A stretch of DNA of 64,000 nucleotides from Macrostomum lignano (Eukaryota), in the NCBI GenBank assembly GCA_002269645.1, contig NIVC01003413.1, positions 1 through 64,000 of the forward strand, written 5' to 3'. The position numbers were made by a program, and so were the translations under genes. The notes beneath the pieces are model-generated. The model was not told where the DNA came from. It saw only the letters and a program-made list of their open reading frames with translations, and ran no database searches. How positions within the stretch are numbered: position 1 is the first letter of the stretch; every line of letters starts with the position of its first letter. This document shows positions 14,772-26,000 of the stretch, piece by piece.

Positions 14772-16958
14772 TGAATCTGGCGAGTTGAGTTGTTTGACGG
14801 AAAAAAATCGATTAAGTCAAGTTTAGCGGAGACGATTTCAATGTTTAAATTCTGACGGAGAAGATTTCTGTTTCGTGGAGAGGATTTCGATGATGTTCAG
14901 TTTCACGAAAGGATTTCCATCGTGTTCAGTTTCACGGAGAGGATTTCGATCATGTTCAGCTTCACGGAGAGGCTTTCTGTTTCGCGGAGATAATTTATGA
15001 TTGATTTCTGTTTTCTGGAAACAATTTTGATGGATTTAAGTTTCAAGGAGAGGATTTCGAAGGAGTCCAGTTTCACTGAGAGGATTTCGATGGTTTTTAG
15101 TTGCACAGACAGGATTTTTGCTTCGCGGAGAGGATCTTGATGGATTTGGCATCTTCAATCAGTCAGAGAAGAGAGTAAAGAGAAGACTGAAAAGAGAAGA
15201 GAGAAGAGATGATAGAAAACAGAGTATAATTGAGTGAGAGATTAGACATGACAGATTGGAGATGATAGGAGAGAGAATAGATGAGGGATAAGAGCGTACA
15301 GAGGCAATAGAAGAGAGGGGAGAGTAGAGGAGAAAGAAAGAGTGAGACGAGGAGATGAGGGATGAGAGAGGAGGGGAGAGAGGAGACAGGAGAGAGTACA
15401 GACGAAAGACTAGGGAGAAGATATAAATAAGGTAGTAAAGATGAGAGGAGAGAGAGGAGAGAGAAGCGAAAGGAGAAGAGAGTGAGGAGAGAGGAGAGAG
15501 ATGAAAGGAGCAAGGAAAGGAGAAAAGAGAGAATGGAGAGAATAGAAAAGAGAGAAGAGAAGAGACAGGGGATAGTGAAAAGGAGGAAGAAAGATGGGAG
15601 ACAAGAAAGTAGTGTCAGAGCGTATATGAAATATGAGAAATGAGAGCAGAGAGAAGAGAAAAGAGAAGAGACAGAGAGGGTTAAGAGAGACGATAGATAA
15701 GTGAGTAGAGATGACATATGAGAGAGGAGAGAAGAGGGAGAGATAAGAGTGAAGAGAGGAGACAGAAGACAGGAGAAGGTACAGACGAAAGACGAGGGAG
15801 AAGAGATAAATAAGGGAGCAGGGGTAGAGATGAGATGAGAGAGAGGAGAGAGGAGATATGAGAGACTTGAGAGTCTTTGAGCTATGGTCTTTGAAAGATT
15901 TTGTAAAGAATTTGGAGACGATTTGGAAGATAGGGTTAAAGACATGGAATTTCAGTTGATGGATATTTCAGGGAATAGAATTCCGGTGATGGGAGTTCTT
16001 CCCCTTTCTCCTCCGAAGGAGGAGTTCCACTCGTACATATACTAAAGTTCACGTGTTGTTTGTCTGTCATTTCGACAACTCCTCCTTGAATAGTGGCAAC
16101 TCAGCGTTGAAACTTATATGGGAAGATTGGAAATTATCCGAGGTTGGCTATAGGCTATTTTAATTCTGAAATTTTAATTTCTAAGATCCTCAAAAAAGCA
16201 GAAAACTGCCTTTTTGACCCCCAATAACCTTCTTTTGCCACTCTGCCTGGGGCTGCAGCCAGTTTGTAAAAATAGCCACCCAACCTCCGCCCGCGGGCCG
16301 CTGTGTATTGAGGGGTGGTGGGTGCGCGTGTTCTGCGTTCAATGCAAATAAAACCCCCCGCGTGTTGGGGGGTTGAGTTGAATTTAATGATTCCCCCAGA
16401 ACGGGGGTAGGGCTTGGGCTGAGTGTACATAGCAGTTGTACAGTGTAAACAGATAGACTGTGTCGAGATTCAATTGGTTTTATTATCGGCCCTGTGTATT
16501 AGCTTGGCAATTGAAATTCAATGAACAAACTTGCGAGCCTCTCAGTCAAGCAATCGGGAAATTGGGAAATTACAAACGGTAACTGTTCCTCGAGTTTTAA
16601 ACTTTGAGAGGAGAGACTTATATTGCTGGAAAGATCTTGCAACGCTGAGTTCGGGGATATAAGTTGTTTGCTCTAAATATAAAAATAAAAAGCACAGCAT
16701 TTGAAAAACTATTTCCATACTTTTAACTTGCTGAAAAGATTGTACTCAGTTTTGCGAGACGTAATAGATAAAGTTGGGGGGGAGGGTTCAACTTCTCACT
16801 GCTGCTGTGTATTGGAGGGTTGATTTAGATTGCGCAATGTTTTTGTTAACTTTAACTGAGACTGATACTGACTGACTGTGAAATCGGTTGCGCAATGAAT
16901 TGATTCAATTAGTTCAATATTTTTATCAGTGCCTTTTAACACGAAGCTGTGCGTAGTT

Positions 16959-16988
16959 CTAACCCTAACCCTAACCCTAACTCTAACC
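16959..16988. repeat. Interstitial telomere-like tract, unit 7
   Basis: ctaaccctaaccctaaccctaactctaacc. Confidence 0.85.
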
Positions 16989-18593
16989 AATGAATCCGGA
17001 GAGTTAAGTTGTTTGACGGAAAGAAATCGATTAAGTCCAGTTTAGCGGAGACGATTTCAATGTTTTAATTTTGACGGAGAGGATTTCTGTTTCGTGGAGA
17101 GGATTTCGATGGTGTTCAGTTTTACGAAGAGAGGATTTCGATGATGTTCAGCTTCACGGAGAGGATTTCTGTTTTGCGGAGATAACTTATGATTGATTTC
17201 TGTTTTATGGAGACCATTTTGATGGATTTAAGTTTCAAGGAGAGGATTTCGAAGGAGTCCAGTTTCACTGAGATGATTTCGATGGTTTTCAGTTGCACGG
17301 ACAGGATTTCTGCTTCGCGGAGAGGATCTTGATGGATTTGGCATCTTCAATCAGTCAGAGAAGAGAGTAAAGAGAAGAATGAAAAGAGTAGAGAGATGAG
17401 ATGATAGAAAACAGAGTAGAAATGAATGGAGAGATTAGACATGACAGATGGGAGAGAAGAGGGGAGTAAGGCGGGAACGAAGGAGAGAGAAGAGAAGAGG
17501 AGAGAGGAGATGAGAGGGGAGATATGAGATAACAGAGGGAGATAAGAGAGATGATAGGAGAGAGAATAGATGAGGGATAAGAGCGTACAGAGGAAATAGA
17601 AGAGAGGGGAGAGTAGAGGAGAAAGAAAGAGTGAGATGAAGGATGAGAGATGAGAGAGGAGGGGAGAGAGAAGAGAGGAGAAAAGAGGGGAGAAAGGAGA
17701 CAGGAGAGAGTAGAGACGAAAGACCAGGGAGAAGATATAAATAAGGTAGTAGAGATGAGAGGAGAGAGAAGCGAAAGGAGAAGAGAGAGAGGAGAGAGAT
17801 GAAAGATCAGAGGAGAGAGTTAAGAGAGGAAAGTAGTGAAGAGAGGAGAGATGAGAGATGCGATGAGAAAAGAGATTAGTGATAACATAAGAGAGAAGAG
17901 ATTTGAGATTTGAGAAGAGAGGGGAGAAGATCAAAGGAGCAGGGAGAGGAGAAAAGAGAGAATGGAGAGGATAGAAAAGAGAGAAGAGAAGAGACAGGGG
18001 ATAGTGGAAATGAGGAAAGAAAGATGGGAGACAAGAAAGTAGAGTGTGAGAGCGTATATGAGATATGAGAAATGAGAGCAGAGAGGCGAGAAAAGAGAAG
18101 AGAGAGGGAGGGTTAAGAGAGACGATAGATAAGTGAGTAGAGATGAGATATGAGAGAGGAGAGAAAAGGGCAGAGATAAGAGAGAAGAGAGGAGACAGGA
18201 GACAGAAGTAAAAAGGAGAGTTATGAGAGAAGAGAGGAGACAAGAGACAGGAGAGGGTACAGACGAAAGACGAGGAGAAGATATAAATAAGGGAGTAGGG
18301 GTAGAGATGAGATGAGAGAGAGGAGAGAGAAGAGAGTCACGATAATAGCGAAGAGAGGAGAGAGGAGATATGAGAGACGTGAGAGTCTTTGATCTATGGT
18401 CTTTGAAAGGTTTTGTAAAGAATTTGTAGACGATTTAGACGATAGGGTTCAAGGCATGGAATTTCAGTTGATGGATGTTTCAGGGAATGGAATTCCGGTG
18501 ATGGGAGTTCTTCCCCTTTCTCCTCCGAAGGAGGAGTTCCACTCGTATTTCCATATTGGTTCGTCATAATTTCCACCTGTCCTGTCGGCTCAC

Positions 18594-21500
18594 CTCTTCC
18601 GAAGCGTTCTTGAGCTCTGCGTTCCCGCCGAACAGCGCCAGCATGTTGTCCTTGAAGTCCTCGGCAAAGATCGGCACGAAGCTGAGATTGCAGAAATCAG
18701 CTCGGCCCTTGCCAGCCGGGTAGTGCAGGTAGCTCGGCTCTGAGCTGTTGAGTCTCCAGCTGTTCCCGAACTCAAACAGCTGCCTCTCAGAGCTGCCAGC
18801 TGGCAGGACGCTGCCGTGTCTCAGTCTGAATCCGCTCGCATTGCTGTTGCCTAGCAACCCGTCCAGTCCGCTCGGGTATTTTCCTAACAAGTCCAGTTGA
18901 ACGCCGACTCTGAGCGAGCTAGTCTCCATGGTAACGGTGACGCTGACGCCGGTAGACTCGTCGACAATGTCGATGGTGCTGTTGTCGGGGACCTCCAGCC
19001 GGTAGCTGTCCAGTCTGGTCGCGTTGCTCAGCGCCGCCAGCTCGCCCCTGACGCTGCCGATCAGACGTCCGTCGCTGCTGAAGACGTCGAGGTCGTCGGA
19101 GCTTTCGTTGCGGATCACCGACACGGCCAGCTCGTTGAGGCCGGACTTCAGCGCGACGCCGACGAAGGCCGTGGCGGCTCCACCGCTGACTGGCGCGGTG
19201 CGCGCTTGCAGCCGCAGCATCGGTGAGTCCGGCCACCGCTCGCTGGTGAGCAGGTGGTACTCGCAGTGACCGTTGAATGTGTAGCTGCGGTTCGAGAGCG
19301 TGCTCAGATGGGGGTCGCCTCGGTTGAAGCCTGGAGATCGAGGTTGGTTGTTTGGTTTGGTGCTTAGTTGCTCAGGTTTTGGTTTTGGAGCTTATTTGCT
19401 TAGGTTTTGGTTCGATGCTTGGTTGCTTAGTTATTGGTTTACCTCCAGCAGGTGGCTGGTAGTCCTTGCTGGTGCACACGGGTCTTACGGCAGAATAAAC
19501 GGGCATCATTCCGGCCGCTGAGCAGACCCTTAAACCGTACAATTCATTTTTATACTGCTGAGATCCGAAACGAAATTGAACTCTATCAGTCGTCCTTTGC
19601 CGATAAAAGTACATTGCGTGTCCAGCACCGTCTGAGCTGCTGCTGATGAGGTGCCCAGCTGTAAATGATTATGTATTTTAACTCAATTAACTAAAACTAA
19701 ATATACGAGCGTATATTCAACTCTTCAATGCTCAGGTTCTGACTCACTGGTTGACATGCTGAACAGGATCCATTGCATGACAGTTCTCACAACCCAGAGG
19801 GGCTGACTTCTACGGCACAGCTGACTGATTTCGCTGCCAGCAGCTGCCGATGACATTTTGTAGCAGCACCTGGTCGACACCAGGTGACGGCAATTCTCAA
19901 GCTCGCATCTCAAGGAATTTTCCGGCTTACAACCGCTCGCACTGCTGCCTGTGAAGCTCCGAGCGCACTGGTAGCTGGTGTTACGGAAGCACATCCGGAT
20001 GCTGTCACCGGAGCACTCAAGCTTGTACGGACTGTACCGCCTGTCAAGGACTGCCGTGCGAAAATCGAAGGGACAGTCCGAGCAGCCTGGAAAGTCAGGG
20101 CTGCTCTTGTTGGCTCTGGCGGCTGCGATCCAACTGCCGCACTCAGGTGCACCCCTGTGCCCGATGCTGAGCTGCAGCACGTGACGCCCGGGTCTTCCCG
20201 AACTTCCGGGACTCAGGTTGGGCAGCTCGGGCCAGTCTGGGCTCAGGCTGAATGGCAGCCCTTTCCGAACGAATAAATTATCCGTGAATCCTGAGAATGC
20301 CATCAGGTTCAACGTTTGAGAGCTCCAGTTGAGGATTCTCGGCACAGGCAGGTGGAAGTCGCCGTAGTTGAAAATGGCGTATGAGTGAGTCTCGTTGCGT
20401 GTTACAACTGCTTGGAACTCGATGCTCTGAAATTGCATGCAGTAAGCAATTGTGCTCGAATGAGAAAGCATAAAAAAGCTGAAAAATGATTAAATCTAAC
20501 CTAGTGTTAGATTTCTGTGCAATTACATCGAGTAACCATAAAATCATAATAAGTTGCTTCGGGCGACCTTTTTTCTGTCTTTTATGGGATCTTCACGAAA
20601 TATATCAAATTCTAGTATGAGACGTCATAGCTTTTGCAAAGTATTAAAAAATGCATGCTAAAGAGTTGATTTTTTTCAGGAAAAATAACATTCTGGTTTT
20701 TCGTCTTCTTTTCCTTTTAAAGATACTTTAAATACAACATTGTTGTAAAAAGTGAAACTAAACTTAAAAAAACAGCTGCTTAGAGAATTTTGTTAAAAAT
20801 TACGTTATATATTTGCATCTTTGGGTCATTGCTAGCAAACAGAAGTGCAAATTATTTCCGTGGGAATGAGCTCCGTCAATTCGGAGAGATTTCCCCACTT
20901 ACAGCATTTGCCTTGGCTCGAGAACACAGGCCCAGGCAGAGGTCGAGCCAGCCGTTTTTCTCGTCCCAAGCTTGCCTAGAAGTGCAGTTCGAGACGCAGT
21001 CGAATCGGTTCCCATAAGGCAGTGACGGCGTCAGAATGCGCCAAGTCACGATGAGCGCCGTCAGAGGGTTGAACTTGGACCGAATCTCCTGCTCGATGAT
21101 CTGCTTGACCGCGCGCCAGTTCGAGCTAGAGCTATGGTTCCTCGAATTCAGCAGCTCGAAGGAAACCTTCGGAATCCAATCGCTTCCGTAGGTGGCAGGC
21201 TTAACGAACCAGTAAGGCGCAACGACGGCTCCAGGAAAGGTGACGTTGGCCGTGATGGAGTTGTATGGTAAATACCTCAGATACCCAGAGAAACTGATTG
21301 CGCCGTAGTTACTGATCTGGGTGTTGACATTTTTTTAAAATTATAAGCAGAGTTCAAAGAAAAATGAAGAAGTAGATTCTCCTTAATTTTGTCTTTCTAA
21401 GAATAGTTTTCTCCCAGCTCGTGAGCGCAACTGTCAATTCGAAGCTACAGTTCAACTATGTACGCAAAGTCATGTTGCGGAACTGGACTCACTTGAAAGG

Positions 21501-23006
21501 TCAAACTTTTCTGACTGCCAATCAGAAATGGAACGCCAAGTGGTGCGTGAATGATGTCATAGTCCGAGGTACTGGTTGCATTTACTGTCGATAGGAGCAT
21601 TTGAGCTGCAAAATGCATCCGGGATTGAGACAACTGGAGTGACTTCAGCCAAGTTATAATAACTGCAGCAGACTGTTGACACGTCAGTCAAAGTTTCATG
21701 CCCACAAACACTGACCCGAACTCAGTATGTGCTAGCCTAGCGCACATTAACTATGTGCTAGTTTATTTCTGTCTTATTGTTAAATGCTTTCTTTTTTAAC
21801 GAAAAAATATTTTTAGTGCCCACACAAATGGTTTTGCCACTATTGGAAGTTAAGATATGCATTAACCGTACCAAGCACTGACAATAAAAGTTTGACCTCT
21901 CGTTGCATCGTCAGATACAAATTCATCCGATTGGGACAGCATTCGCAGGCATCTCAGTCGAAGAGAATTTTTGTATCTGGGACATGGCCACAAGTGAATT
22001 AAATAAAAAGCTACTCAATCAAACGACATGTAGGAATAATGCATGCACTGCAGAGACTACTGACGAAATTGAGTTCGGTAGTGGATTTTCGCGCTGTTGC
22101 GAGCTGCAAGTTTTTTAATTAGCTTCTATGGCCACATAGGTGGTTAATGAGTGGCCCATCTGGTGTTTATACATGTATGATCTTTGGTACAAGCTTCAGC
22201 CATTCAGAACTTAAAAGGGACTACACCTTTTCACGTTCAATTTTGATCAAAGTCCAGTTCTAAAAAAACTAGCGGAAATTCAATTCAGACTGGGGATAAT
22301 TTTGTCTATGGCTAAACCTTGTTGCTTCGGTAGCAGAATGTTTTGAACTGGGGTTTGTTGCCCCAGTCTAAATTGAATTTCCGCAAGTTTTTTAGAACTG
22401 GACTTTGATCAAAATTGGACGTGAAAAGGTGTATTATTAAATTCAGACAGCCAATGAAATTCATGGGCTTCTAGATATATCCGGGGGAATATAAGCTGTA
22501 TATATCGGAGGGAATATCCCAATTTTTAGAAAGTCTTGGCCATAGACTCGCTTTAAGATGAGCGATCTTTTCTATTCCTTCATCCATGGTTCTACCTTGT
22601 AGTCAGTGAGTCTCTCTGTGATAAAAACCAATCCAAAAACCAAAGATGTCACATCAACTCACGATAGCAGACAGTCCCGTTGCCATAGTAACCCGGCTTG
22701 CAGATGCAATCAAATGAGCCGATCAGGTTGATGCAGTCGGCATTGGCATCGCACTTGGAGCTGCTGAGACACTCGTCAACGTCTTTATAATTTAGTTCAG
22801 TTTATGGCCAATAAAATACAGGCATAAATGTAGCTACAAGTATTCGCATTTTTAACAAGTGACCGAAATCAGAGGCTTTCACTTACCGGTGCAATTATCA
22901 GTTCCGTTGCCTTGAAACCCATCAAAGCAGGTGCAGTTGTACGACCCCGGCGTGTCGGTGCAAGTTGCGTAGAGACCGCAGGGCTTCGAATCGCATTTCT
23001 TCACGT
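18594..23006 (-). CDS. Module E (incomplete in window: ends after the VWD exon), 7 exons, 2,399 nt
   Basis: Exons: 22887-23006; 22663-22782; 21493-21605; 20903-21316; 19748-20426; 19443-19658; 18594-19330. The donor GTGAGC is intact at 18588-18593, and intron homology stops at about 18548. Confidence 0.8.
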
Positions 23007-26000
23007 CTGTAATGGTAGCAGCAGACACGCGTACGGAAATTATAACAAAATAAAGGAAAACAAGTAATCTATAGAATCTACAAAAAATTCCATCAGACCC
23101 ACACGAACACATATATTTTTTAATGTATATGGAAATGCTGTATGCTAGAATGTCTATAGATGCGATATCTACTGGTGTGGTAAATATATTTTCAGCTGCT
23201 GCCTTGACAGGCCCCGCCTTGAGGCAGATTTCAGCTAAGAGCTGTAAATTATATGTATGCTGTGTGTTATCCATAACATGGTGTCAGAGATGCAGTTAGA
23301 ACAGAACATGGTTCGTGTCAGACTGCTGCTGTTAGCAAATTTTACACGTAGTTGCACGGAGACAACAGCGAGGTGATGTTTGATTCGACTGGATTGCGAC
23401 CTCCAGGTCCCATGGTTTTCGACGACCTTTCACTCACTTTCATACAGTGAGAGCACATGGGCATACCATACTGAAGAGTGCTAAGACCTATCGTGAATGT
23501 GATTCAAGAAAGAGTGTTACATTCGAAGAGAAGCTGCATATCAATACTCATTTGGGTTCGCACATCCCTAGTAATGACATGCGACAGCCCTATATGACGC
23601 TCAGACGATTCATGGTCGTGTTGTTAAGCGTTAAACCGTGTTTTTGTTGTTGTTATCTGCTGCCTGAGCTGTGAGTACAACTGCATTCTCAAACTGTTGA
23701 GTATTTTACTATATGGAAAGGGGATGTTGCATGTATATGAATATGCTTTATGGAGAAGATACAGACGTAGCATAGAGTTGAGGGTGTAGTTCGGTCCTAG
23801 GAGTTTACGAAAAATACACTCTGCAAATCCAAATATACTAAATATTTGCTAAATTTCTCTTAAATTCCTGTGTTTGTGGCGATAAAATTACAACCAACAA
23901 ATTTATGCATAAAAAAGATAGGGGGATTTCTGAGGTGTAAGTACTTACCAACCGATAATCAGCTAAAGACAAAAATAATTTAGAATATAAATATTGGGGG
24001 TGTGAGAGTGAAGATCCCAACATTCTTCACCATATACCAGTTTTATCAAGGACAAAATCACTGCTCCATTCATTACTTCCTTCGTTTTATGTAGGGTAGG
24101 CCAAGTCAGAGCACAGGGTTTTACCTTCTGCCCCACACGGAACCTACGGAGAAGCAATGGTATGCAAATCGATCAATTGGCAAGAACAAATTGTCTGTCG
24201 CTGACATGTGCTCTGAAGTTGGAGTCCGCGCATTGGAGTCCGCATGTACAAACGGACCTCGGACATTCAAATCGGCAACTCATCGGCTTTTCTGGACTCC
24301 AAACTGCTACGCAATGTGAAAAAAAGACTCAGCAGACGAGTACGGTAGGCGTTAACTAAATTTTAACTTCCATAGCTGCTTTTTCATTATTAACAATTCA
24401 TTTTAGGTACGCCACATCGTGACTCCCTTATATTGTGACTGGAAAAAACTAAAGTGTTGTTGACTATGCATTGCCCTCGAATTCGTGTTTCTTCTTCATG
24501 CGTTTTTGGCTTTGAAAGTTTGTATCCTTTAAAAGAACATCGTGGGGATTTAACCTAGGATGCCTATGCGATGTCTATCGTAAATATACCTTTTCAAGCC
24601 CGAATGTGACAAAAGAAATCGAATGGCTATCTATCTGACCCAGACGAAAAAAGCATGCCGTACACAAGAATCTTAGAGACTGACCAATGAAGGCTCGTAA
24701 ACAGCTACAGAATTTTGCGACTTAAGAACTTACGGTTAAGCCGTTAAGACTAAGCGAATATAGCGGTGCCACATTTCGCTTACTTTACCACTTTTGGTTT
24801 TTGTATTTTGAAAGTACCACCTTCATGGAAGAAAGAATAGAATGGAGTGCTAATCTGAGCCAGTTATTTTTATCTCGTTCAATTTTCGCTTCTAACATCC
24901 CCTTCCCCCCGTTCTTTCCTATTGGCTCGTGACTGCCATAGACAAAGTATTTTTCGTCTCGTTTTTGTTTTCGTTCCCCTCTAAAAGGTATTTCCCAGCA
25001 TCGTACGAGCTCACAGCAAAATATGCTTTCAGCCAATAGGAAGGAACGGGGAAGGGATGTTAAAAGCGAAAATCGAGCGAGACAAAAATAACTGGCTCAG
25101 ATTAGCACTCCATTTTATTCCTCCCTCGATGACCACCTTACACAACTATTTTTAGATCTCTAAGCTCATATCCAAGCCATAGAAAAATTTGAAATTTGAA
25201 TTTGAAATTACTTTCGTCAAATTCGCGCCTGAAAAATATATACTGATAGCTAACGCCTTAAAGAGCCCCGAATTGTGAAAGAGATAAGCCAAGAGCTGCT
25301 AAATCTTTAACCCTGAGTAATAACTATAACGCAAACAAACATGAGACACTTAAGACACACACACACATCAGACCTACTAATAAGAATAATACGAGCTAAT
25401 AACTGATTACACCTGTCCAATGGGCAGATGTGCAACCGACAGCTCAGCCGCAGCTATTGCGCGACGCATCTGAAGGCTGCGCACGGCTGTTCAGTCCAAT
25501 GACTGGGGGGTCGCCACACCCACCCTCAATCACCCCAGCTAATTCTGGCACCCATTTTACAGCTAAGTGAACTGTAGCAATCCAGAGTTAAGCGTCTTGC
25601 TTAAGGACACAAATTGTTGCAGTGGGATCAGGAATCGAACATCCGACCTTCAAGTCGTGAATCCGACGCTCTAACCACTAGGCTACAACCCCTTTTGGCT
25701 ACAACCGCTTTTAGTAGGTGAGACCTACAAAAAACAAGTACACAAATGAGATCTAAGAGAACCCACATACAACCGAAAATAACACACGCATCAGACCCAC
25801 AAAAACACATACATAGGACACACAAGAACACAAATCAAACCCACAAGAAAACGAATCAGGCACACAAGAACACGAGAAAAATATATGAAAAATACTTTCA
25901 GGCTGCTGAACCTCACACAATTAAATACTTTACAGAACAGCTGCTCACCTTGCGGCTCCTGGCAGTCAGATGTCAGACAGGTTTTCACTGCCTGCTCGCA

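Larger units (their letters stand above)
1..18547. repeat. Tandem array of 2.2-3.6 kb composite units (about 7.5 units), Helentron/HINE-like architecture
   Basis: The anchor tcatttcgacaactcctccttgaatagt recurs at 10, 2811, 5018, 7378, 10311, 13908 and 16067. The hairpin ctcctcc-(gaa/aga)-ggaggag starts at 2729, 4945, 7305, 10252, 13837, 16008 and 18520. Block order is the same in every unit. The repeat is certain; the Helentron assignment is inference. Confidence 0.9.

Noticed and set aside
1309-15106. MQLKTIEILSVKL decapeptide-repeat ORFs and MVRVRVRV ORFs
   Set aside because: Products of the 30-bp minisatellite and CCCTAA repeats; short, with frames not maintained across units.
1345-16988. 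True chromosome end
   Set aside because: Tracts are only 24-40 bp, internal, and embedded at a fixed position in each repeat unit.
1696-18243. Long Ser/Leu/Phe-rich minus-strand ORFs (150-300 aa) and Arg/Glu-rich plus-strand ORFs that resemble membrane or charged proteins
   Set aside because: They are translations of GA/CT low-complexity tracts, which lack stop codons by composition. No domains, no splice logic, and frames shift freely between copies.
21606-21633. Upstream acceptor (cag|ttgtctcaa or aag|ttttctc) for the variable exon, as the ORF track suggests
   Set aside because: It is phase 0, whereas the preceding EGF exon ends in phase 1. The conserved ttttt/gcag|CTCA acceptor gives the correct phase in all five modules.
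25620-25692. tRNA gene (also at 49658-49725)
   Set aside because: A and B boxes are present, but cloverleaf pairing is poor and both continue into SINE bodies with tails or related copies.
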